Shown: piece after piece, positions 51,001-64,000 of the stretch
How positions within the stretch are numbered: position 1 is the stretch's first letter
Layout of the letters: every line of letters begins with the position of its first letter
NCBI GenBank assembly: GCA_964016885.1
Contig: OZ024741.1
Coordinates: 15,686,001-15,750,000, forward strand
DNA from: Eledone cirrhosa
Taxonomy: Eukaryota
Direction of reading: 5' to 3'
Length of the DNA: 64,000 bases
The notes under the pieces: generated by a model
The model's database searches: none
What the model was told of the DNA's origin: nothing
The model's input: only the letters and a program-made list of their open reading frames with translations
Translations under genes and position numbers: made by a program

Positions 51001-54000
51001 CAATAACACCAAATACCACAACTGTAATACTAACAATTACACCAAATACCACAAAGGTAACACTAACAATAACACCAAATACCACAACAGTAACACTAAC
51101 AATATCACCAAATACCACAACAGTAACACTAACCATAACACCAAATACCACAACAGTAATACTAACAATAACACCAAATACCACAACAGTAACACTAACA
51201 ATAACACCAAATACCACAACAGTAGTACTAACAATAACACCAAATACCACAACAGTAATACTAACAATAACACCAAATACCACAACAGTAACACTAACAA
51301 TAACACCAAATACCACTACAGTAATACTAACAATAACACCAAATACCACAACAGTAACACTAACAATAACACCAAATACCACAACAGTAACACTAACAAT
51401 AACACCAAATAACACAACAGTAACACTAACAATAACACCAAATACCACAACAGTAACGCTAACAATTACACCAAATACCACAACAGTAACACTAACACTA
51501 ACACCAAATACCACAACAGTAACACTAACAATAACACCAAATACCACAACAGTAACACTAACAATAACACCAAATACCACAACAGTAATACTAACAATAA
51601 CACCAAATACCACAACAGTAACACTAACAATAACACCAAATACCACAACTGTAATACTAACAATTACACCAAATACCACAAAAGTAACACTAACAATAAC
51701 ACCAAATACCACAACAGTAACACTAACAATATCACCAAATACCACTACAGTAACACTAACAATAACACCAAATACCACAACAGTAACACTAACAATAACA
51801 CCAAATACCACTACAGTAATACTAACAATAACACCAAATACCACAACAGTAACACTAACCATAACACCAAATACCACAACAGTAACACTAACAATAACAA
51901 CAAATACCACAACAGTAACACTAACCATAACACCAAATACCACAACAGTAATACTAACAATAACACCAAATACCACAACAGTAACACTAACAATAACACC
52001 AAATACCACAACAGTAATACTAACAATAACACCAAATACCACAACAGTATTACTAACAATAACACCAAATACCACAACAGTAACACTAACAATAACACCA
52101 AATACCACAACAGTAACACTAACAATAACACCAAATACCACAGCGGTAACACTAACAATAACACCAAATACCACAACAGTAACACTAACAATAACACCAA
52201 ATACCACTACAGTAACACTAACAATAACACCAAATACCACAACAGTAACACTAACAATAACACCAAATACCACTACAGTAACAATAACAATAACACCAAA
52301 TACCACAAGAGTAACAATAACAATAATAACAAATACCACAACAGTAACACTAACAATAACACCAAATATCACAACAGTAATACTAACAATAACACCAAAT
52401 ACCACTACAGTAACACTAACAATAACACCAAATACCACAACAGTAACACTAACAATAACACCAAATACCACAACAGTAATACTAACAATAACACCAAATA
52501 CCACTACAGTAACACTAACAATAACACCAAATACCACAACAGTAACACTAACAATATCACCAAATACCACAACAGTAACACTAACAATAACACCAAATAC
52601 CACAACAGTAACACTAACAATATCACCAAATACCACTACAGTAACACTAACAATAACACCAAATACCACAACAGTAACACTAACAATAACACCAAATACC
52701 ACAACGGTAACACTAACAATAACACCAAATACCACAACAGTAACACTAACAATAACACCAAATACCACTACAGTAACACTAACAATAACACCAAATACCA
52801 CAACAGTAACACTAACAATATCACCAAATACCACTACAGTAACACTAACAATAACAGCAAATACCACTACAGTAACACTAACAATATCACCGAATACCAC
52901 AACAGTAACACTAACAATAACACCAAATACCACAACAGTAACACAAACAATAACACCAAATACCACAACAGTAACACTAACAATAACACCAAATACCACA
53001 ACAGTAACACTAACAATGACACCAAATAATACAACAGTAACACTAACAATTACACCAAATATCACAACAGTAACACTAACACTAACACCAAATACCACAA
53101 CAGTAACACTAACAATAACACCAAATACCACAACAGTAACACTAACAATAACACTAAATACCACAACAGTAATACTAACAATAATACCAAATACCACAAC
53201 AGTAACACTAACAATTACACCAAATACCACAACAGTAACACTAACACTAACACCAAATACCACAACAGTAACACTAACAATAACACCAAATACCACAACA
53301 GTAACACTAACAATAACACCAAATACCACAACAGTAACACTAACAATTACACCAAATACCACAACAGTAACACTAACACTAACACCAAATACCACAACAG
53401 TAACACTAACAATAACACCAAATACCACAACAGTAACACTAACAATAACACCAAATACCACAACAGTAATACTAACAATAACACCAAATACCACAACAGT
53501 AACACTAACAATAACACCAAATACCACAACTGTAATACTAACAATTACACCAAATACCACAACAGTAACACTAACAATAACACCAAATAACACAACAGTA
53601 ACACTAACAATATCACCAAATACCACAACAGTAACACTAACAATAACACCAAATACCACAACAGTAACACTAACAATAACACCAAATACCACAACAGTAA
53701 CACTAACAATAACACCAAATACCACAACAGTAACACTAACAATATCACCAATTACCACTACAGTAACACTAACAATAACACCAAATACCACAACAGTAAC
53801 ACTAACAATAACACCAAATACCACTACAGTAATACTAACAATAACACCAAATACCACAACAGTAACACTAACCATAACACCAAATACCACAACAGTAACA
53901 CTAACAATAACACCAAATACCACAACAGTAACACTAACCATAACACCAAATACCACAACAGTAATACTAACAATAACACCAAATACCACAACAGTAACAC

Positions 54001-57000
54001 TAACAATAACACCAAATACCACAACAGTAATACTAACAATAACACCAAATACCACAACTGTAATACTAACAATAACACCAAATACCACAACAGTAACACT
54101 AACAATAACACCAAATACCACTACAGTAATACTAACAATAACACCAAATACCACAACAGTAACACTAACAATAACACCAAATACCACAACAGTAATACTA
54201 ACAATAACACCAAATACCACTACAGTAATACTAACAATAACACCAAATACCACAACAGTAACACTAACAATAACACCAAATACCACAACACTAACACTAA
54301 CAATTACACCAAATACCACAACAGTAACACTAACACTAACACCAAATACCACAACAGTAACACTAACAATAACACCAAATACCACAACAGTAACACTAAC
54401 AATAACACCAAATACCACAACAGTAATACTAACAATAACACCAAATACCACAACAGTAACACTAACAATAACACCAAATACCACAACTGTAATACTAACA
54501 ATTACACCAAATACCACAAAGGTAACACTAACAATAACACCAAATACCACAACAGTAACACTAACAATATCACCAAATACCACAACAGTAACACTAACCA
54601 TAACACCAAATACCACAACAGTAATACTAACAATAACACCAAATACCACAACAGTAACACTAACAATAACACCAAATACCACAACAGTAATACTAACAAT
54701 AACACCAAATACCACAACAGTAATACTAACAATAACACCAAATACCACAACAGTAACACTAACAATAACACCAAATACCACTACAGTAATACTAACAATA
54801 ACACCAAATACCACAACAGTAACACTAACAATAACACCAAATACCACAACAGTAACACTAACAATAACACCAAATAACACAACAGTAACACTAACAATAA
54901 CACCAAATACCACAACAGTAACGCTAACAATTACACCAAATACCACAACAGTAACACTAACACTAACACCAAATACCACAACAGTAACACTAACAATAAC
55001 ACCAAATACCACAACAGTAACACTAACAATAACACCAAATACCACAACAGTAATACTAACAATAACACCAAATACCACAACAGTAACACTAACAATAACA
55101 CCAAATACCACAACTGTAATACTAACAATTACACCAAATACCACAAAAGTAACACTAACAATAACACCAAATACCACAACAGTAACACTAACAATATCAC
55201 CAAATACCACTACAGTAACACTAACAATAACACCAAATACCACAACAGTAACACTAACAATAACACCAAATACCACTACAGTAATACTAACAATAACACC
55301 AAATACCACAACAGTAACACTAACCATAACACCAAATACCACAACAGTAACACTAACAATAACACCAAATACCACAACAGTAACACTAACAATAACACCA
55401 AATACCACAACAGTAATACTAACAATAACACCAAATACCACAACAGTATTACTAACAATAACACCAAATACCACAACAGTAACACTAACAATAACACCAA
55501 ATACCACAACAGTAACACTAACAATAACACCAAATACCACAGCGGTAACACTAACAATAACACCAAATACCACAACAGTAACACTAACAATAACACCAAA
55601 TACCACTACAGTAACACTAACAATAACACCAAATACCACAACAGTAACACTAACAATAACACCAAATACCACTACAGTAACAATAACAATAACACCAAAT
55701 ACCACAAGAGTAACAATAACAATAACAACAAATACCACAACAGTAACACTAACAATAACACCAAATATCACAACAGTAATACTAACAATAACACCAAATA
55801 CCACTACAGTAACACTAACAATAACACCAAATACCACAACAGTAACACTAACAATAACACCAAATACCACAACAGTAATACTAACAATAACACCAAATAC
55901 CACTACAGTAACACTAACAATAACACCAAATACCACAACAGTAACACTAACAATATCACCAAATACCACAACAGTAACACTAACAATAACACCAAATACC
56001 ACAACAGTAACACTAACAATATCACCAAATACCACTACAGTAACACTAACAATAACACCAAATACCACAACAGTAACACTAACAATAACACCAAATACCA
56101 CAACGGTAACACCTACAATAACACCAAATACCACAACAGTAACACTAACAATAACACCAAATACCACTACAGTAACACTAACAATAACACCAAATACCAC
56201 AACAGTAACACTAACAATATCACCAAATACCACTACAGTAACACTAACAATAACAGCAAATACCACTACAGTAACACTAACAATATCACCGAATACCACA
56301 ACAGTAACACTAACAATAACACCAAATACCACAACAGTAACACAAACAATAACACCAAATACCACAACAGTAACACTAACAATAACACCAAATACCACAA
56401 CAGTAACACTAACAATGACACCAAATAATACAACAGTAACACTAACAATTACACCAAATACCACAACAGTAACACTAACACTAACACCAAATACCACAAC
56501 AGTAACACTAACAATAACACCAAATACCACAACAGTAACACTAACAATAACACTAAATACCACAACAGTAATACTAACAATAATACCAAATACCACAACA
56601 GTAACACTAACAATTACACCAAATACCACAACAGTAACACTAACACTAACACCAAATACCACAACAGTAACACTAACAATAACACCAAATACCACAACAG
56701 TAACACTAACAATAACACCAAATACCACAACAGTAACACTAACAATTACACCAAATACCACAACAGTAACACTAACACTAACACCAAATACCACAACAGT
56801 AACACTAACAATAACACCAAATACCACAACAGTAACACTAACAATAACACCAAATACCACAACAGTAATACTAACAATAACACCAAATACCACAACAGTA
56901 ACACTAACAATAACACCAAATACCACAACTGTAATACTAAGAATTACACCAAATACCACAACAGTAACACTAACAATAACACCAAATAACACAACAGTAA

Positions 57001-57700
57001 CACTAACAATATCACCAAATACCACAACAGTAACACTAACAATAACACCAAATACCACAACAGTAACACTAACAATAACACCAAATACCACAACAGTAAC
57101 ACTAACAATAACACCAAATACCACAACAGTAACACTAACAATATCACCAAATACCACTACAGTAACACTAACAATAACACCAAATACCACAACAGTAACA
57201 CTAACAATAACACCAAATACCACTACAGTAATACTAACAATAACACCAAATACCACAACAGTAACACTAACCATAACACCAAATACCACAACAGTAACAC
57301 TAACAATAACACCAAATACCACAACAGTAACACTAACCATAACACCAAATACCACAACAGTAATACTAACAATAACACCAAATACCACAACAGTAACACT
57401 AACAATAACACCAAATACCACAACAGTAATACTAACAATAACACCAAATACCACAACAGTAATACTAACAATAACACCAAATACCACAACAGTAACACTA
57501 ACTATAACACCAAATACCACTACAGTAATACTAACAATAACACCAAATACCACAACAGTAACACTAACAATAACACCAAATACCACAACAGTAATACTAA
57601 CAATAACACCAAATACCACTACAGTAATACTAACAATAACACCAAATACCACAACAGTAACACTAACAATAACACCAAATACCACAACACTAACACTAAC
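48100..57700. repeat. Roughly three tandem copies of a ~3.3-3.5 kb block (offsets 99, 103 and 105 monomers)
   Basis: GCAAAT 49590/52857/56256, each followed by CCG and AATAAT variants. AAGGTA 51054/54519. Confidence 0.9.
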
Positions 57701-58349
57701 AATAACACCAAATACCACAACGGTAACGCTAACAATAACACCAAATACCACAACAGTAACACTAACAATAACAACAAATACCACAACAGTAACACTAACA
57801 ATAACACCAACAATAACACCAAATACCACAACAGTAACACTAACAATAACACCAAATACCACAACAGTAACACTAACAATAACACCAAATACCACTACAG
57901 TAACACTAATAATAACACCAAATACCACAAGAGTAACACTAACAATAACACCAAATACCAAAACAGTAACACTAACAATAACACCAAATACCACAACAGT
58001 AACACTAACAATAACACCAAATACCACTACAGTAACACTAACAATAACACCAAATACCACAACAGTAACACTAACAATAACACCAAATACCACAACAGTA
58101 ACACTAACAATAACACCAAATACCACAACAATAACACCAACAATAACACCAAATACCACAACAGTAACACTAACAATAACACCAAATACCACAACAGTAA
58201 CACTAACAATAACACCAAATACCACAACAGTAATACTAACAATAACACCAAATACCACTACAGTAACACTAACAATAACACCAAATACCACAACAGTAAC
58301 ACTAACAATTACACCAAATACCACAACAGTAACACTAACAATAACACCA

Positions 58350-61300
58350 AATACCACAACAGTAATACTAACAATAACACCAAATACCACTACAGTAACA
58401 CTAACCATAACACCAAATACCACTACAGTAACACTAACAATAACACCAAATACCACAACAGTAACACTAACAATAACACCAAATACCACAACAGTAATAC
58501 TAACAATAACACCAAATACCACTACAGTAACACTAACAATAACACCAAATACCACAACAGTAACACTAACAATATCACCAAATACCACAACAGTTACACT
58601 AACAATAACACCAAATACCACAACAGTAACACTAACAATATCACCAAATACCACTACAGTAACACTAACAATAACACCAAATACCACTACAGTAACACTA
58701 ACAATAACACCAAATACCACAACGGTAACACTAACAATAACACCAAATACCACAACAGTAACACTAACAATAACACCAAATACCACTACAGTAACACTAA
58801 CAATAACACAAAATACCACAACAGTAACACTAACAATATCACCAAATACCACTACAGTAACACTAACAATAACACCAAATACCACTACAGTAACACTAAC
58901 AATATCACCAAATACCACAACAGTAACACTAACAATAACACCAAATACCACAACAGTAACACTAACAATAACACCAAATACCACAACAGTAACACTAACA
59001 ATAACACCAAATACCACAACAGTAACACTAACAATGACACCAAATACTACAACAGTAACACTAACAATTACACCAAATACCACAACAGTAACACTAACAC
59101 TAACACCAAATACCACAACAGTAACACTAACAATAACACCAAATACCACAACAGTAACACTAACAATAACACTAAATACCACAACAGTAATACTAACAAT
59201 AATACCAAATACCACAACAGTAACACTAACAATTACACCAAATACCACAACAGTAACACTAACGCTAACACCAAATACCACAACAGTAACACTAACAATA
59301 ACACCAAATACCACAACAGTAACACTAACAATAACACCAAATACCACAACAGTAACACTAACAATTACACCAAATACCACAACAGTAACACTAACACTAA
59401 CACCAAATACCACAACAGTAACACTAACAATAACACCAAATACCACAACAGTAACACTAACAATAACACCAAATACCACAACAGTAATACTAACAATAAC
59501 ACCAAATACCACAACAGGAACACTAACAATAACACCAAATACCACAACAGTAACACAAACAATGACACCAAATACTACAACAGTAACACTAACAATTACA
59601 CCAAATACCACAACAGTAACACTAACACTAACACCAAATACCACAACAGTAACACTAACAATAACACCAAATACCACAACAGTAATACTAACAATAACAC
59701 CAAATACCACAACAGGAACACTAACAATAACACCAAATACCACAACTGTAATACTAACAATTATACCAAATACCACAAAAGTAACACTAACAATAACACC
59801 AAATACCACAACAGTAACACTAACAATATCACCAAATACCACAACAGTAACACTAACAATAACACCAAATACCACTACAGTAACACTAACAATAACACCA
59901 AATACCACAACAGTAACACCAACAATAACACCAAATACCACTACAGTAATACTAACAATAACACCAAATACCACAACAGTAACACTAACCATAACACCAA
60001 ATACCACAACAGTAACACTAACAATAACAACAAATACCACAACAGTAACACTAACCATAACACCAAATACCACAACAGTAATACTAACAATAACACCAAA
60101 TACCACAACAGTAACACTAACAATAACACCAAATACCACAACAGTAATACTAACAATAACACCAAATACCACTACTGTAACACTAACCATAACACCAAAT
60201 ACCACTACAGTAACACTAACAATAACACCAAATACCACAACAGTAACACTAACAATAACACCAAATACCACAACAGTAATACTAACAATAACACCAAATA
60301 CCACTACAGTAACACTAACAATAACACCAAATACCACAACAGTAACACTAACAATATCACCAAATACCACAACAGTTACACTAACAATAACACCAAATAC
60401 CACAACAGTAACACTAACAATATCACCAAATACCACTACAGTAACACTAACAATAACACCAAATACCACTACAGTAACACTAACAATAACACCAAATACC
60501 ACAACGGTAACACTAACAATAACACCAAATACCACAACAGTAACACTAACAATAACACCAAATACCACTACAGTAACACTAACAATAACACAAAATACCA
60601 CAACAGTAACACTAACAATATCACCAAATACCACTACAGTAACACTAACAATAACACCAAATACCACTACAGTAACACTAACAATATCACCAAATACCAC
60701 AACAGTAACACTAACAATAACACCAAATACCACAACAGTAACACTAACAATAACACCAAATACCACAACAGTAACACTAACAATAACACCAAATACCACA
60801 ACAGTAACACTAACAATGACACCAAATACTACAACAGTAACACTAACAATTACACCAAATACCACAACAGTAACACTAACACTAACACCAAATACCACAA
60901 CAGTAACACTAACAATAACACCAAATACCACAACAGTAACACTAACAATAACACTAAATACCACAACAGTAATACTAACAATAATACCAAATACCACAAC
61001 AGTAACACTAACAATTACACCAAATACCACAACAGTAACACTAACGCTAACACCAAATACCACAACAGTAACACTAACAATAACACCAAATACCACAACA
61101 GTAACACTAACAATAACACCAAATGCCACAACAGTAACACTAACAATTACACCAAATACCACAACAGTAACACTAACACTAACACCAAATACCACAACAG
61201 TAACACTAACAATAACACCAAATACCACAACAGTAACACTAACAATAACACCAAATACCACAACAGTAATACTAACAATAACACCAAATACCACAACAGG

Positions 61301-61730
61301 AACACTAACAATAACACCAAATACCACAACTGTAATACTAACAATTATACCAAATACCACAAAAGTAACACTAACAATAACACCAAATACCACAACAGTA
61401 ACACTAACAATATCACCAAATACCACAACAGTAACACTAACAATAACACCAAATACCACTACAGTAACACTAACAATAACACCAAATACCACAACAGTAA
61501 CACCAACAATAACACCAAATACCACTACAGTAATACTAACAATAACACCAAATACCACAACAGTAACACTAACCATAACACCAAATACCACAACAGTAAC
61601 ACTAACAATAACAACAAATACCACAACAGTAACACTAACCATAACACCAAATACCACAACAGTAATACTAACAATAACACCAAATACCACAACAGTAACA
61701 CTAACAATAACACCAAATACCACAACAGTA
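58350..61730. repeat. Overlapping duplications at 54-monomer (1,782 bp) and 48-monomer (1,584 bp) offsets
   Basis: GTT variant 58593/60375. GGA variant 59517/59715/61299. Confidence 0.85.
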
Positions 61731-64000
61731 ATAGTAACAATAACACCAAATACCACAACAGTAATACTAACAATAACACCAAATACCACAACAGTAACAC
61801 TAACAATAACACCAAATACCACAACAGTAACACTAACAATAACACCAAATACCACAGCGGTAACACTAACAATAACACCAAATACCACAACAGTAACACT
61901 AACAATAACACCAAATACCACTACAGTAACATTAACAATAACACCAAATACCACAACAGTAACACTAACAATAACACCAAATACCACTACAGTAACAATA
62001 ACAATAACACCAAATACCACAAGAGTAACAATAACAATAACACCAAATACCACAACAGTAACACTAACAATAACACCAAATACCACAACAGTAATACTAA
62101 CAATAACACCAAATACCACTACAGTAACACTAACAATAACACCAAATACCACAACAGTAACACTAACAATAACACCAAATACCACAACAGTAATACTAAC
62201 AATAACACCAAATACCACTACAGTAACACTAACAATAACACCAAATACCACAACAGTAACACTAACAATATCACCAAATACCACAACAGTAACACTAACA
62301 ATAACACCAAATACCACAACAGTAACACTAACAATATCACCAAATACCACTACAGTAACACTAACAATAACACCAAATACCACAACAGTAACACTAACAA
62401 TAACACCAAATACCACAACGGTAACACTAACAATAACACCAAATACCACAACAGTAACACTAACAATAACACCAAATACCACTACAGTAACACTAACAAT
62501 AACACCAAATACCACAACAGTAACACTAACAATATCACCAAATACCACTACAGTAACACTAACAATAACACCAAATACCACTACAGTAACACTAACAATA
62601 TCACCAAATACCACAACAGTAACACTAACAATAACACCAAATACCACAACAGTAACACAAACAATAACACCAAATACCACAACAGTAACACTAACAATTA
62701 CACCAAATACCACAACAGTAACACTAACAATGACACCAAATACTACAACAGTAACACTAACAATTACACCAAATACCACAACAGTAACACTAACACTAAC
62801 ACCAAATACCACAACAGTAACACTAACAATAACACCAAATACCACAACAGTAACACTAACAATAACACTAAATACCACAACAGTAATACTAACAATAATA
62901 CCAAATACCACAACAGTAACACTAACAATTACACCAAATACCACAACAGTAACACTAACACTAACACCAAATACCACAACAGTAACACTAACAATAACAC
63001 CAGATACCACAACAGTAACACTAACAATAACACCAAATACCACAACAGTAACACTAACAATTACACCAAATACCACAACAGTAACACTAACACTAACACC
63101 AAATACCACAACAGTAACACTAACAATAACACCAAATACCACAACAGTAACACTAACAATAACACCAAATACCACAACAGTAATACTAACAATAACACCA
63201 AATACCACAACAGTAACACTAACAATAACACCAAATACCACAACAGTAACACTAACAATAACACCAAATACCACAACAGTAACACTAACAATAACACCAA
63301 ATACCACAACAGTAACACTAACAATAACACCAAATACCACAACAGTAACACTAACAATGACACCAAATACTACAACAGTAACACTAACAATTACACCAAA
63401 TACCACAACAGTAACACTAACACTAACACCAAATACCAAAACAGTAACACTAACAATAACACCAAATACCACAACAGTAACACTAACAATAACACTAAAT
63501 ACCACAACAGTAATACTAACAATAATACCAAATACCGCAACAGTAACACTAACAATTACACCAAATACCACAACAGTAACACTAACAATAACACCAAATA
63601 CCACAACAGTAACACTAACAATTACACCAAATACCACAACAGTAACACTAACACTAACACCAAATACCACAACAGTAACACTAACAATATCACCAAATAC
63701 CACAACAGTAACACTAACAATAACACCAAATACCACAACAGTAATACTAACAATAACACCAAATACCACAACAGTAACACTAACAATTACACCAAATACC
63801 ACAACAGTAACACTAACAATAACACCAAATACCACAACAGTAACACTAACAATATCACCAAATACCACAACAGTAACACTAACAATAACACCAAATACCA
63901 CAACAGTAACACTAACAATAACACCAAATACCACAACAGTAACACTAACAATATCACCAAATACCACAACAGTAACACTAACAATATCACCAAATACCAC

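Larger units (their letters stand above)
1..64000. repeat. 33-bp tandem repeat array (satellite/large minisatellite), ~1,939 copies, open at both window ends
   Basis: Monomer AACAATAACACCAAATACCACAACAGTAACACT read at 1-33 and repeated head-to-tail to 64000, usually with 0-3 substitutions per copy. After removing the net +25 bp of indels, 63975 = 1938 x 33 + 21, matching the terminal ...CAAATACCAC phase. Confidence 0.99.
29901..64000. repeat. Array domain IV: marked by ATG..AATACT+ATT, CTAAAT+ATAATACCA, ACGCTA, ACACAAAAT and ACT-ATA/AGA-ATA doublet variants
   Basis: These linked variants recur every ~1.2-3.6 kb from ~30.2 kb to the end, and CTAAAACTA is not seen here. Confidence 0.85.
42477..64000 (+). 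other. Continuation of the same Thr-rich frame to the window end (not in the ORF track because no stop is reached)
   Basis: No frameshifting indel after 22413 (the - strand ORF 22259..64000 is continuous), and I saw no further in-frame stop by eye. Confidence 0.1.

Noticed and set aside
351-63993. About 90 short minus-strand (LVLLLWYLVLL)n ORFs resembling membrane proteins
   Set aside because: Shadow frame of the repeat. Their stops are simply monomer variants such as CCACTAC and AATTAC.
22259-64000. 13,913-aa minus-strand ORF (VVFGVIVSVTV)n and similar ORFs at 4584-22409
   Set aside because: Stop-free only because the consensus has no stop in this frame. The product would be almost wholly hydrophobic, the start is just the window edge, and the ends are frameshifts into the Leu frame.
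1-64000. CRISPR array (33 bp is a CRISPR-like repeat length)
   Set aside because: Units abut directly, with no unique spacers, palindrome, leader or cas genes.
1-64000. Pure amplification or sequencing concatemer artefact
   Set aside because: Hierarchically nested, linked variants and distinct domains indicate evolutionary history. Individual near-identical blocks could still be assembly over-duplications.
1-64000. Nucleosome-scaled higher-order period (5 x 33 = 165 bp)
   Set aside because: Some offsets are multiples of 5 monomers (25, 55, 60, 105, 110) but many are not (27, 41, 43, 46, 48, 49, 54, 73, 86, 99, 103).
1-64000. G-quadruplex, i-motif or hairpin structure
   Set aside because: Only two GG dinucleotides per monomer and no G3 tracts in the consensus. 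The A/C-rich strand has almost no self-complementarity, and no inverted blocks were seen.
1-64000. CA richness as a relic of CpG deamination
   Set aside because: Deamination would leave both CA and TG on each strand, whereas the + consensus has many CA and no TG.

Overview
The whole 64 kb window is one uninterrupted head-to-tail tandem array of a 33-bp monomer (+ strand consensus AACAATAACACCAAATACCACAACAGTAACACT, about 1,939 copies) that runs off both ends. I found no unique sequence, recognisable gene, RNA gene, CRISPR spacer or mobile element. The monomer is extremely strand-skewed (18 A, 10 C, 4 T, 1 G) and is built from AACANN hexamers. Four of its six frames lack stop codons, so the giant ORFs in the track (Thr-rich TVTLTITPNTT on +, Val- and Leu-rich on -) are expected from composition alone and do not show coding. 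I see only nine length changes: three +6 bp, one +12 bp and five -1 bp. Their net +25 bp exactly reproduces the monomer phase at base 64000. Diagnostic variants reveal four sequence domains and many nested multi-kb duplications whose offsets are whole numbers of monomers (25 to 205). The best reading is a recombination-amplified satellite or large minisatellite, probably eukaryotic, with irregular higher-order structure. The main unproven alternative is a giant or decayed Thr-rich TxTxTxT-PN repeat protein exon (mucin-like or beta-strand/ice-binding-like).
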